64,000 nucleotides of DNA from Planctomycetota bacterium (GTDB lineage Bacteria > Planctomycetota > UBA11346), in NCBI GenBank assembly GCA_038231435.1, contig JBBRLJ010000028.1:13765-77764 (forward strand). Direction: 5' to 3'. Shown here one piece after another: positions 29,431 through 39,300 of this stretch. How positions within the stretch are numbered: position 1 is the stretch's first letter; the number at the start of each line of letters is the position of its first letter. Under the pieces are notes generated by a model that searched no databases, had not been told where the DNA came from, and saw only the letters and a program-made list of their open reading frames with translations. The translations under genes were made by a program, and so were the position numbers.

Positions 29431-31023
29431 GTGACCGTGGATTCCACAGCGATCGCCTACCATCACGCGACCAAGTACGCTCCCGAGACCATCGGCAACC
29501 ATCCGGGGCTCGATTGGGGCCGGCAGCCGGTGCCCTACAAGGCCTACGACAGCCTCACGCCGATCGAACTCGCCTCGTACCTGCCCTTCGATCCGAATCC
29601 GTTCACCGGCAAGGCCCGCGCCGATGAGGGCGAGCCGCGCGATGGCGCGGTCGAACTGAACACCGTGAGCCGCTGGCTGTTCGCCAGCTACGGCATCACC
29701 GGCGTCATCCCCAACCAGCCGCGGCCCACCTACCTGCGCGCCGCGCCATCGGCCGGCGGACTGTATCCGGCCGAGGCCTACCTGGTGGTGCGCGACTGCG
29801 CGGGCTGCGAACCTGGCCTCTATGGCTACGACCCGCGCCGCCACCGCCTGGTGCCGCTGTGGGACGATCCCGACGTCGCCAAGCATCTCGCCGCAGCCTG
29901 CTTCGACGATGCGGCGATCGCCGCGGCCGGCGTGGCGCTGGTTGTCACCGGCGTCTTCGAGCGCAGCCGCTGGCGCTACGGCGAGCGCGCGTACCGGCGC
30001 ATCCTGCTCGACAGCGGCCACCTGCTCGGCAACGCCTGCCTGATGGCGCCGGCGCTCGGGCTGCGCGCGAGCCTCACCGCCGCCTTCTGCGACGAGCGCC
30101 TCGACGAGCTGCTGCGCCTCGATCCGGATCAGGAAGGCGCGCTGGCGGTGGTCGGATTGAACGTGCGCGGCCCGGCCGAGCGCCCGCATTGGAGCGCGCT
30201 GCCGAGCGCGCGCGTCGCTCCGCCGGACCTCAGCGCGGCAACCGACGGGAACAGCGACGCGCCGCTCCTGCACGCCCTGCACGCCGCAGGCCGCCTGCCC
30301 TCTGAGCGCCCCCGCCTGATCCCGCGTGGCGAGGAGCTCTCCGAAGGACTCGAAGCCCGTTACGGTTGGACCGGTGGCACGACTATCGCCCCGGATTCCA
30401 GCGGTCAGGGCGGCGGCGTGCCCGGCGTGGCCTGGGATGGCGGTGCGCTCGGCCGCGATCCGTTCCACGCCATCCTCCACCGCCGCAGCACGCGCCGCTT
30501 CCAGCGCGGCACCATGCGCCGCGAGCAGCTCGCGCGCGTGCTCGCCGCCGCGTACGCGCCCGAGACCCACGGACTCGGCGAACAACCCGCGATCGACCGC
30601 AACCACCTCATGACCTTCGTCGCCGTCGTCGATGTCGAAGGCCTCGACGCCGGCGTCTATTACCTCGCTCCCCACGGCCTCGAGCTGCGCCTGGTGCGCC
30701 CCGGCTGCTCGCGCGAGGCGCTGCAGTTCCTCTGCCTGGGCCAGGAACTCGGCGGCGACGCGACTGCGGTGGTCTTCCACACCGCCGATCTCGAGGAGAC
30801 GGTGAAGCACCTCGGTGATCGCGCGTACCGGTATCTGCATCTCGATGCGGGCATGATCGGCGAACGGCTGGACCTCGCGGCCTTGGCCGAGGGATGCGGG
30901 GCGAGCGGGATCGGGGGATTCTTCGATGATCAGGTGACGGATCTGCTGGGGATACCGAGGGAGCAGGCGGTGGTGTATGTCACGACGTTGGGGTTGCCGC
31001 AGGAGGCGGGGGGAGAGGAGTAG
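29431..31023 (+). CDS. SagB/ThcOx-family double nitroreductase-domain protein
   Basis: YHHATKY, LRAAPSAGGLYP, WRYGERAYR..LLDSGH; second domain RRSTR..GDRAYRYLHLDAG..SGIGGFFDD. Confidence 0.9.
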   Translation: MTVDSTAIAYHHATKYAPETIGNHPGLDWGRQPVPYKAYDSLTPIELASYLPFDPNPFTGKARADEGEPRDGAVELNTVSRWLFASYGITGVIPNQPRPTYLRAAPSAGGLYPAEAYLVVRDCAGCEPGLYGYDPRRHRLVPLWDDPDVAKHLAAACFDDAAIAAAGVALVVTGVFERSRWRYGERAYRRILLDSGHLLGNACLMAPALGLRASLTAAFCDERLDELLRLDPDQEGALAVVGLNVRGPAERPHWSALPSARVAPPDLSAATDGNSDAPLLHALHAAGRLPSERPRLIPRGEELSEGLEARYGWTGGTTIAPDSSGQGGGVPGVAWDGGALGRDPFHAILHRRSTRRFQRGTMRREQLARVLAAAYAPETHGLGEQPAIDRNHLMTFVAVVDVEGLDAGVYYLAPHGLELRLVRPGCSREALQFLCLGQELGGDATAVVFHTADLEETVKHLGDRAYRYLHLDAGMIGERLDLAALAEGCGASGIGGFFDDQVTDLLGIPREQAVVYVTTLGLPQEAGGEE

Positions 31024-31088
31024 GGAGGGGATAAGGGGAAGGAGCGGAGAGCGGAGAGCGGAGTTTACTACCGTTTCTCGCTTCACTC

Positions 31089-31192
31089 GATTGTCGCGAT
31101 CGTCCAGGCTGGCAAGGTCGGCGGCCGGGGCGGCCTTGCCGCGGAGGAACCGCGGTGCCGGGGCGGCAACCTTGACAGCCTGGACGATCGCG
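31089..31192 (+). repeat. Structured element copy A (candidate ncRNA/cis-element)
   Basis: Perfect 17-bp outer stem CGCGATCGTCCAGGCTG/CAGCCTGGACGATCGCG plus CAAGGT/ACCTTG, enclosing three small hairpins. Confidence 0.85.
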
Positions 31193-31216
31193 TGCCGGGG
31201 GTGAAGGAGAAACATC

Positions 31217-31570
31217 ATGAGCAGATTCGAACGACTTCTCATCTGGCAGCGGGCGCGCGAGGTGCGGATCCTGTTCCGCGACTGCACCGCCACCATGCGC
31301 GACGCAGTTCTCAAGGATCAGATCCGCCGCGCAGCGCTGTCGGTCATGGCGAACATCGCCGAAGGCAGCGAGCGCGCCACGAACGCCGATTTTCGCCGAT
31401 TCCTGGCAATGGCGCACGGTTCGTGCGGCGAACTACGCAGCCACCTGGTCGTAGCGCTGGATGACCACCTGGTCGATGACGCTTTCTATCTCCACCTCAA
31501 CACCAAGCTCATCGAGCTCGGCAAGATGATCGCCGGCTTCATGAAGGCGCTCGCGCGAGGCGGCGGGTGA
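31217..31570 (+). CDS. Four-helix-bundle protein (23S rRNA IVP / TIGR02436-like)
   Basis: FERLLIWQRA..LKDQIRRAALSVMANIAEG..FRRFLAMAHGSCGELRSHL. Confidence 0.93.
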   Translation: MSRFERLLIWQRAREVRILFRDCTATMRDAVLKDQIRRAALSVMANIAEGSERATNADFRRFLAMAHGSCGELRSHLVVALDDHLVDDAFYLHLNTKLIELGKMIAGFMKALARGGG

Positions 31571-31632
31571 CCGCCGCCTCCTGCACTCCGCTGTCTCTCT
31601 CTTTCTGCTTTGAGCTGTCCGCTCCCCCTCTC

Positions 31633-31980
31633 TCACCCACTCAAGCGGATGATGAACGCGCTGAGCATGCGCCGCACATAGTCGATGCGCTCGTCGAGCT
31701 GATCGAAAACGGACGTTTCCACATATCCCGCATTGCATGCGATCGCCAGCTGCGCCTGCAGCTCGCCAGCCGAGCCACGGGCCATGGTCAAGAATCGTCG
31801 CAGCTCGGTGTCGCTCCTGTGCCCGGCGCCTTCCGCGATATTCGACGCGATCGATACCGCCGCGCGCCGCATCTGATCGCGCAGCCCGCACGCATCGCGC
31901 ATCGATTCGGTGAGTTCGCGCACGGTGCGGACTACTGCGCGCGCTTCGTGCCACACTCTGAGTTCGTGGATCTTCGTCAT
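31633..31980 (-). CDS. Four-helix-bundle protein (23S rRNA IVP / TIGR02436-like)
   Basis: ELRVWHEA..LRDQMRRAAVSIASNIAEG..RRFLTMARGSAGELQAQL; AAGGAG ribosome-binding site. Confidence 0.93.
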   Translation of the reverse strand: MTKIHELRVWHEARAVVRTVRELTESMRDACGLRDQMRRAAVSIASNIAEGAGHRSDTELRRFLTMARGSAGELQAQLAIACNAGYVETSVFDQLDERIDYVRRMLSAFIIRLSG

Positions 31981-32003
31981 CTTCTGTCTCCTTGCGCACA
32001 ACC

Positions 32004-32092
32004 CGCGATGGGCATCGGGGTCAAGGCTGGCCGCCCCGGCCACCGCGGTTCCTCCGCGGCATGGCCTTGACGCCGATGACGATCGCGACAAT
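32004..32092 (-). repeat. Structured element copy B
   Basis: ATTGTCGCGATCGTCATCGGCGTCAAGGC..CCGCGGAGGAACCGCGG-TGGCCGGGGCGGCCA-GCCTTGACCCCGATG..ATCGCG. Confidence 0.85.
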
Positions 32093-32158
32093 GGGAGCTA
32101 GGAGACTGAGAATTGGGATAATCCGGAGATGGATGGATCCGCATGCCGATCTACCGCG

Positions 32159-32316
32159 ATCCGACATCCGGGATCCGACGTCCGCTATCCGCCCTCCGCT
32201 GTCCGCTGTCCGCTGACAACTGACAACCGACAGCGGACAGCATCGAAGGCGAGAAGGTAAGAAGGTAAGAAGGTAAGAAGGTAAGAAGGTAAGAAGGTAA
32301 GAAGGCGCGAAGGCCT
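32159..32316. repeat. Heptamer array ((A/G)TCCG..., GACA...) followed by octamer array GAAGGTAA x6
   Basis: About 12 heptamers at 32159-32242; six perfect GAAGGTAA at 32253-32300 plus three GAAGGC variants. Confidence 0.9.
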
Positions 32317-32387
32317 GCCGGACTCCTACCGGGCGCTTGCCGCCCTCCCCTCTTCCCCCCGCCCCCTCTCCGCTACCCTCCCCTCCC

Positions 32388-33152
32388 ATGCTCTGCTACT
32401 CCTGGAACGTCAACGGCATCCGCTCGGTCGCGCGCAAGAATCTGCTGCCGTGGGTGGTCCTCCCCCGCGCCGATGTCATCTGCCTGCAAGAGACCAAGGC
32501 CCAGCAGCACATGCTGGAATCCTCGCTCGGCGAGCCCGATGGGTGGCATTCGCATTGGCATTCGGCGGTGAAACCCGGCTATTCCAGCGTGGCGATCATT
32601 TCGCGCGAGAAGCCCGACGAGGTCGTCAACGGCATCGGCGACGACACCTACGATTCGGAAGGGCGCGTGATCGCGGCGCGCTTCGGTACGCTGGTGGTCA
32701 TCAGCGCCTATTTCCCGAACAGCCGCGACGGCGGCGCGCGCATCGACTACAAGCTTGGCTTTTGCGCGCAGATGGAGGGCGTCCTGCAGCATTGGCGCAA
32801 TCGCGGCTGCGAGGTCGTCCTGCAGGGCGACTACAACATCGCCCACAACCCGATCGATCTCGCGCGCCCGAAGGAGAACGAGAAGAACGCCGGCTACCTG
32901 CCGCAGGAGCGCGCGTGGCTGACGCGCTTCCTCGCGCTCGGCTACCGCGATGTCTTCCGCGAACGCAATCCCGACTTGGCGGGCGCCTATACATGGTGGA
33001 CCAACTGGGCCGGCGCGCGGCAGCGCAACGTGGGGTGGCGCATCGATTACTCGACCGTGTCCCCAGGCCTCGCAGATCGCGTGAAGGACGTGCGGCACTA
33101 CCCTGAAATCCTGGGCAGCGACCATTGCCCGGTCGCCATCGACGTGACCTGA
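32388..33152 (+). CDS. xth: Exodeoxyribonuclease III
   Basis: SWNVNGIR, CLQETK, EGRVI, AYFPN, GDYNIAH, YTWW, GWRIDY, SDHCP. Confidence 0.95.
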   Translation: MLCYSWNVNGIRSVARKNLLPWVVLPRADVICLQETKAQQHMLESSLGEPDGWHSHWHSAVKPGYSSVAIISREKPDEVVNGIGDDTYDSEGRVIAARFGTLVVISAYFPNSRDGGARIDYKLGFCAQMEGVLQHWRNRGCEVVLQGDYNIAHNPIDLARPKENEKNAGYLPQERAWLTRFLALGYRDVFRERNPDLAGAYTWWTNWAGARQRNVGWRIDYSTVSPGLADRVKDVRHYPEILGSDHCPVAIDVT

Positions 33153-33216
33153 CCCGAGGCAAAACCACAGAGCTTTCGGGCCTTCCAGCTTCTGGCCTTC
33201 GCGCCTCCCCGTGGTC

Positions 33217-36200
33217 CTACTCGCGCTCCCTGATCCTCGCCTCGATGAATAACATGATCACGTCGTCGCGGTTGAGATCGAGGCACGACCGGTAGTCAGC
33301 CAGGGCCTCCTCGGTCTCGCCACGGCAGTCGTGCTTGAGCGCGCGCGCGAATGGCAGCATTTGGCTCGCGATCACCGAGTACGGCTGGGCGAGGAAGCCC
33401 TTTTCATCGATGTCGCCGGCGATGTACGAGGCGAGGTACCACAGACGCTGACCGTAGACGTAGCGTTGGTGATCGATCACGGGACGCAGGCCGTTGGTGG
33501 CGTCGACGGTGCGCCCGAACAGCACCGGCATCATCACCGGCAGCAGGTAATGGCTGAACATGGTCATGTCGTCGGTGTGGTCGGGCGGGATCTGGGCGAG
33601 GTGCTTGACCAGATCGGTGCCGGCGACCTCGTCGCCGTCGCGGATCAGGCACATGGCAACGCGATGGAGATCAGCCGGATCGAGCGGGCGGCGCGACAGG
33701 AGCTGGCGGTAGCGCCCCAAGGCGATCAGGGCGTCGCCCGGCTGGTCCGGATACTCCTCGAGCAGTTCCTGCCAGCGTTTCATCGCCTTCAAGGCCCGGT
33801 AGCGAGGAGCCAGCTGCTGCGGAGAGCGGTCGCCGTCATGCGGATTGGGGTACATCTTCAGCAGATCCTCGACGCGCCCGCAGTCGATCAGCGTGTCGGG
33901 GAGGCGGATGTCGGCCGGGAACTCCTTGATCAGCCGATCGCAGTCCTTCTTCGCAATCAGGGTTTCGACGAGCTGCACCGGGTCGAGCCTCGGCCGCAGT
34001 TCGGCCCTGCCGCTCTCCTTGATCACCGCGTGCACCACCGACTGCACGTACGGATGCTTGTCGATCACCTCCTGGAAGCGGCCCATGGCATAGAGGGCCG
34101 AGGCCGAAAAGAAGTCGTCGTAGCGGTACCATTCGTAGATGAGATCGGAGCGCCCGAGCATCCTCAGGACCGGGATGCATGCGGTAATGAACGGATTCAG
34201 GCGCAGCGAGACACCATAGGCGTCCGACAGCCGATGGAGCTCCCGCTGGACCACCGAGATGCGTTCGACGATGTCATCGGGAAAGGTGCGCGAGGTGAAA
34301 TCCATCAGCGGCTTTGGCACCAGCACCTGCAGGTGCCGGCGCGCATAGTCGACCATGGTGCTGCGCAGGATGGGATGACCCTTGAAACGGGCCAGGTCCT
34401 CGCGCAGGCGCGAGGCCTCCGCCTCGTCGCCCTGGTCGGCGGCGGCGACGCTGCGCGCGTGCAAGGACAGCGGGATCGTCTCGTCGTCGGGGAATTGCCG
34501 CTCGAATTCCTTGAGCTCGGCGACTCCGGCCTGGGTATCGCCCAGGCGCAACGCGCACACCGCGGCCTGGTAGCGCGCGCCGCCTTCGAGATCGGTTCCC
34601 GGATAGGCCTTGGCGATCTCGAGGAACTGCGCGCGCGCGTCTCCGAGCTTGCCGACCTGCATCAGCTTGTTGCCCACCGCCAGCGGTGAGATGCGTTGCG
34701 CGAGCGGCTGGATGAGCAGATGCAGGTTGCGGGCGGCGACGCAACTGCCGCCCGCATAGGTGTCGAGCCCGAAGCGCGTGGCGAGCGGCATCTCGTCGGA
34801 TGCGAGAACCGGATAATCGATCAGCGTGCGGCCATCCATGATCAGCCGCAGGTGCTGGTGATTGCGCTCGAGCGTGAACTGGTAGTAGCGGCCAAGGGCG
34901 ATGGGATGGCGCATCGCGCCCTCGGCGAGCAGGTTGTCATAGCCGCCGTGGGTGAGCAGCACGGTGGTGCTGCGGCCGCCACCGACGTGGAAGGTGAAGC
35001 CGGCTTCGCGATTCTCGCCGATGAAGCAGTTGAGGTCGCGGCCTTCGCGCACCGACATGTACTCCCATTCGACGCGGAAGTCGCCCGCAACCGGCTCGCG
35101 CCACACCAGGTCGACGTAGTCGGTGGTGCTGGTGAGGCGGACCGCCCCATCGACCACCGCCACGCGGGGATCGTCGTTGGGAATCTGCGCGAATGGCATC
35201 GGACCATCCGCCTTCTTGGCGAGGCGCGACCAGCGCAGATCGATCGCGGCCGGCGTCCCGGTGAAATCCTCGGCCGCGACCTCGACCCACAGCGCGCGTT
35301 CGCGTTCGCGTTCGCGCCACATCTCCCCGAACGCGAGCAACGCCGCGACAAGCGCAGCCGCGGTGGCCAGGAAGGCGCGCGGATTCGCGCGGTACCAGCG
35401 CAAGAGCATCTTCAGCGGGGGGTCGCGGTAGACGCTCACGCGCCTGCCGGCCTGGAAGGCGCGCAGATCCCCGAGGAGCTCCTCCACCGACAGGTAGCGG
35501 TTGTTCGGCGTGGCCGCCAACGCCTTGAGCGCGATGCGCAGGATCGCGGCCGGCACCGCGCGCCGCTCCTCTGCGGTCGGCAGGTCGATCTCGCCCGCTC
35601 GCTTCTTGATCCAGAAAGGCTCGGATTGGTCATGCCAGGTCGGCGGGCGCAGGAACAACGCGTGGAAGAGCGATGCGCCGACGCAGTAGACATCGCTGCT
35701 GGTGGTCGAGCCTTCGAGACGCGCCTGCTCCGGGCTCATGTACAGTGGTGTGCCGTAGAGCCGACGCCGGCTGTCGCCGATGCGCGTGGCGCTGCCCCAG
35801 TCCACCAGCAGCACCTCGCCGTAGGCACCGAGCATGATGTTGTCGGGCTTCACGTCCTGATGGATCACGCCCTTGTGGTGAGCGAAGGCCAGGGCCTGGC
35901 AGACCGCGATGAAGACGTTGACGATGCCATTGGCCTCGGCCAGCTGCTCGGGCCGGTCGCCTTTCACCGCGCGCTCGATGCCCGCGCCCAGCGAGCTGCC
36001 CTCGATCTTCTTCATGCTGAAGTACGGGCGGCCCTGGTCGGTGACGTCGATGTCGTGGACCGGCAGCACGTTCGGGTGGGTCAGGGTGGCGGTGATGCGC
36101 GCTTCGTCGATGAAGTTGTCGATGTCCTCGTCGGCATCGTGATCCTCGCCGAGCACCTTGATCGCCACTTCGCGATCGAGGCTGCGATCGGCGGCGATGT

Positions 36201-36393
36201 ATACCTGGCCAGAAGCGCCGACACCGGCGACCCGGCGTATCTCGAAACGGTCGGCGGCCTCGGCCCGGCCGAGCCGCGAGCGCAGATCGGTTCCCGACAG
36301 ATGCGGCGGGGCACCTTCCACCACGCGCGCGCGCGGACGTGGTGCGTCGAGATCGACCGTGCGGCGCAGCTCGTCGGGATCCTGCGTGCTCAT
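33217..36393 (-). CDS. Membrane Ser/Thr protein kinase with a beta-sandwich domain and TPR-like C-terminus
   Basis: GVGASG, VAIK, HPNVLPV, HQDVKPDN, VDWG, GTPLYMSPEQ; TM; helical repeats. Confidence 0.88.
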   Translation of the reverse strand: MSTQDPDELRRTVDLDAPRPRARVVEGAPPHLSGTDLRSRLGRAEAADRFEIRRVAGVGASGQVYIAADRSLDREVAIKVLGEDHDADEDIDNFIDEARITATLTHPNVLPVHDIDVTDQGRPYFSMKKIEGSSLGAGIERAVKGDRPEQLAEANGIVNVFIAVCQALAFAHHKGVIHQDVKPDNIMLGAYGEVLLVDWGSATRIGDSRRRLYGTPLYMSPEQARLEGSTTSSDVYCVGASLFHALFLRPPTWHDQSEPFWIKKRAGEIDLPTAEERRAVPAAILRIALKALAATPNNRYLSVEELLGDLRAFQAGRRVSVYRDPPLKMLLRWYRANPRAFLATAAALVAALLAFGEMWRERERERALWVEVAAEDFTGTPAAIDLRWSRLAKKADGPMPFAQIPNDDPRVAVVDGAVRLTSTTDYVDLVWREPVAGDFRVEWEYMSVREGRDLNCFIGENREAGFTFHVGGGRSTTVLLTHGGYDNLLAEGAMRHPIALGRYYQFTLERNHQHLRLIMDGRTLIDYPVLASDEMPLATRFGLDTYAGGSCVAARNLHLLIQPLAQRISPLAVGNKLMQVGKLGDARAQFLEIAKAYPGTDLEGGARYQAAVCALRLGDTQAGVAELKEFERQFPDDETIPLSLHARSVAAADQGDEAEASRLREDLARFKGHPILRSTMVDYARRHLQVLVPKPLMDFTSRTFPDDIVERISVVQRELHRLSDAYGVSLRLNPFITACIPVLRMLGRSDLIYEWYRYDDFFSASALYAMGRFQEVIDKHPYVQSVVHAVIKESGRAELRPRLDPVQLVETLIAKKDCDRLIKEFPADIRLPDTLIDCGRVEDLLKMYPNPHDGDRSPQQLAPRYRALKAMKRWQELLEEYPDQPGDALIALGRYRQLLSRRPLDPADLHRVAMCLIRDGDEVAGTDLVKHLAQIPPDHTDDMTMFSHYLLPVMMPVLFGRTVDATNGLRPVIDHQRYVYGQRLWYLASYIAGDIDEKGFLAQPYSVIASQMLPFARALKHDCRGETEEALADYRSCLDLNRDDVIMLFIEARIRERE

Positions 36394-39300
36394 GGCTGAA
36401 TAGAAGCCGGCGCGAGCGCCGACAACCGCCACGCGATGAATTCGTGGTATACGGCGGGGAAGCGCCCGCCCATGGACGCATTGGCGAGATCGTAGGCCGC
36501 TTTCGCCGCGGCGTCGTGGCCTAGGCAGTCCTCGCGCAGGGCGATGCCGAACTGGAGCAGCCAGCCCGTGTAATGCCGGCAGGGCTGGAGCGCGAACTGC
36601 CGTTCGTCGATGCGCCCCGTGACCAGCGCCGCGAGGTGCCAGACGCGCTGGTTGCACGACCAACGGTGGCGCTCGAGCACCGGCGCGAGCGCCTTGGCGG
36701 CTTCCGTGCCCGAGCGGCGCCCCAGCAGCATTGGCATGAGCGGCTGGACCAGGAAATGCGGCATCCAATCGGTGGAATCGGCGTCCGGCTGGGCGTCCGC
36801 CAAGCGGGCGAGCAGGCCGCGGGCCTTGATCTCCTGGCCTTCGGCCAGCCACCTAAACGCGACCCGGTACATCGCGATCGCATCGCCGGGGACGCGGGCG
36901 ACCAATTCGTCGTGGCGCCGCAGCCCGAGCATGGCGTCGATCTGGCAGCCGGCGTCGGGATACCGGTCGAGGATATCCTGGTAGGAGTGGCGCGCGGCGA
37001 GCACGCGGTAGCGCGGCGTCTGGAAGGCCTGGTTGCGCGTCGCGTCGTTCTCGGACTCGGCATGGCGCGCGAGGAACTCGTCGTATTTGCCCTCGGCCAG
37101 CAGCCGGTCATCGAGGTCGTAGTCCGGGAAGCGCGCACGCAGCCTCGCCTGGTCCCCGAGCTCCACCAACGCGATGGGGATGCGCCAGCTGCCGTATGGA
37201 TCGTCCGCCACCTCCTGGTATCGGCCCTGGAACAGCATCGAATCCATACGCACGACCAGATCGTATGGAGCGCGCGCGATCGCCTCGTCGTATCGCCCCA
37301 TCGCCATCAGTGCCCTGGCGCACACGCGATCGGAATGGGGATAGTCGGCCAGCACCAGATCGGCGCGCCCGAGGCGGGTCAAGAGCGGCGCGGCCTTGTC
37401 CATGAACGGATCGTTGTGCAGCGGTATGCCGTAGGTGTCGGCCATGCGGCTCAGCTCGGCGTTGGTCGCGCTGATGCGTTCGATGGCGTCATCGGGGTAG
37501 TTGTGCCCGCCCACCTCGGTGGTTTCATGCCAGGCGATCGACGGCAGACGGTCCGCCGCCATGTCGGTGAGCACCGCGTTGAGCACCGGGTGCCCCCGAT
37601 ACGTGCGCAACGCCGCGCGCAGCCGGTCGACGTCGGCGGCGGCGCCGGGTGGCGGCTCCTTCGACGAAGCCGCCGCGCGCGCGGCCAACAGGCGTTCATA
37701 GAGCGACACTGGGACCATTTCGTGTGCCGGGTGTTCCGCCTCGTATGCAAGCAACTGCGCCAGGCCCTGAGCCTTGTCGACCGAGCGCAGGGTGCTGAGC
37801 GCCCGCTCATAGCACGCCGACCCCGCCAGGACGGTTCCTGGGTACGAGCGCTCGATCTCGTGGTACTGCCGCACCGCTTCGTCGACCTTGCCGGCCTGGT
37901 ACAGCCGGCGTCCCACCTCGAGCGGCGAGATGCGCTGCGGCAGCGGCCGATCGAAGACCCGCACATGCTCGATCGACTGGGCATTGCCCGCGTAGCAATC
38001 GAAGCCGAAGGTTGAGGTGGTCTCGGAATTGAACGCGTCGAAGTCCTGGTAGTCGAAGACCATCGCGCCGTCGATCGACATGCGCATGTGCCGACCGTCC
38101 TTCTCCATCACGTAATGGTACGGCTTGGCGATGACCAGCGGGTGGACGATGAAGCGCTGGTCCACGACCTTGAAGTACGCGCCCTTGGTCATCAGCGCGT
38201 AATGCGGATCGCCGTACGCGCCGACGTGGAAAGTGAAACCCTTCTCGCGGTCCGGTCCGATGAAGCAGTTCAGGTTCTGGTTGGCCCGCTCGCAGGTGTA
38301 ATCCCATTCGACGCGGAAATCGCCATGCAGCTCCTCGCGCCATACCAGATCGACGTACTCGCGCTCGCTCGCCAGGTGCATGCGGCCGCCGGAGAGCGTC
38401 CAGCGCATTCCGGTCGACAGCGGAATCTCCGAGAACGGCAGGCCGAAGGCGTCCGCGGATTTGGCCAGGCCGCGCCAGCGCGTCTCGAGTCCGGCCAGGG
38501 TGGCGTGCGCGAAATCCTCGTCTGCCACCGGCATCCAGCTCGAGCGCTCCTTGGACTTCTCCATCGCGAACACGCCGATCAGCGCGACGACCGCGCACGC
38601 ACCCGCCGCCGCGATCCAGAACGGCTTGCGGTTGTGGCGATACCAGCGCGAGAGCAGCTGCCACGGCGAATCGCGATGCGCGCTGACCGCCAGCCCGGCC
38701 TGGAAAGCCTTCAAGTCGCGCAGCATCGCTTCGACGGACGAATATCGGGCAGACGGTTCCGGCACCATCGCCTTGAGCGCGATTCCCAGCAGCGGCGCCG
38801 GCACGCGCTTGCGCTCCTCCACGGTGGGCATGTCGATCTCGCCACGGCGCTTGCGCGCCATCAACTCCTCGCCGCCATCCGCCCACGTTGGCAGGCGCCG
38901 CATCAGCGCGTGGAAGAGGCTCGCGCCGACGCAGTACACGTCGCTCAGCGCGGACACGCCCTCGAGGCGCGCCTGCTCGGGACTCATGTACAGCGGCGTG
39001 CCGTAGAGCTTTGGCGGGGCTCCCTCGGTCGCACGGATCGCGCTGCCCCAATCCACCAGCAGCACCTCGCCGAAATCGCCGAGCATGATGTTGTCCGGCT
39101 TCACATCCTGGTGCACGAAACCCCGGTGGTGCGCGTACGACAACGCCTGGCAGACGCCGATGAAGACGCTGACCACCGCGTTCGGGGTCGCGAGCTGCTC
39201 GACCTGCTCGCCGAGCGAGTAGGCCTCGAGCGCGCGCCCGAGCGAGCGGCCCTCGATCTTCTTCATGCTGAAATACAGGCGGCCGTCGCGCGTGGCTTCG

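Noticed and set aside
29431..31023. TOMM/RiPP biosynthetic cluster
   Set aside because: A stand-alone SagB-type nitroreductase; no YcaO and no Cys/Ser/Thr-rich precursor nearby.
31217..31980. Complete diversity-generating retroelement
   Set aside because: The proteins are bAvd-like, but I saw no reverse transcriptase and no TR/VR pair differing at adenines in the window.
31089..32092. 23S rRNA intervening sequence
   Set aside because: No rRNA sequence flanks the genes.
32159..32316. CRISPR array
   Set aside because: Units are contiguous 7-8 bp repeats with no spacers, and there are no cas genes in the window.
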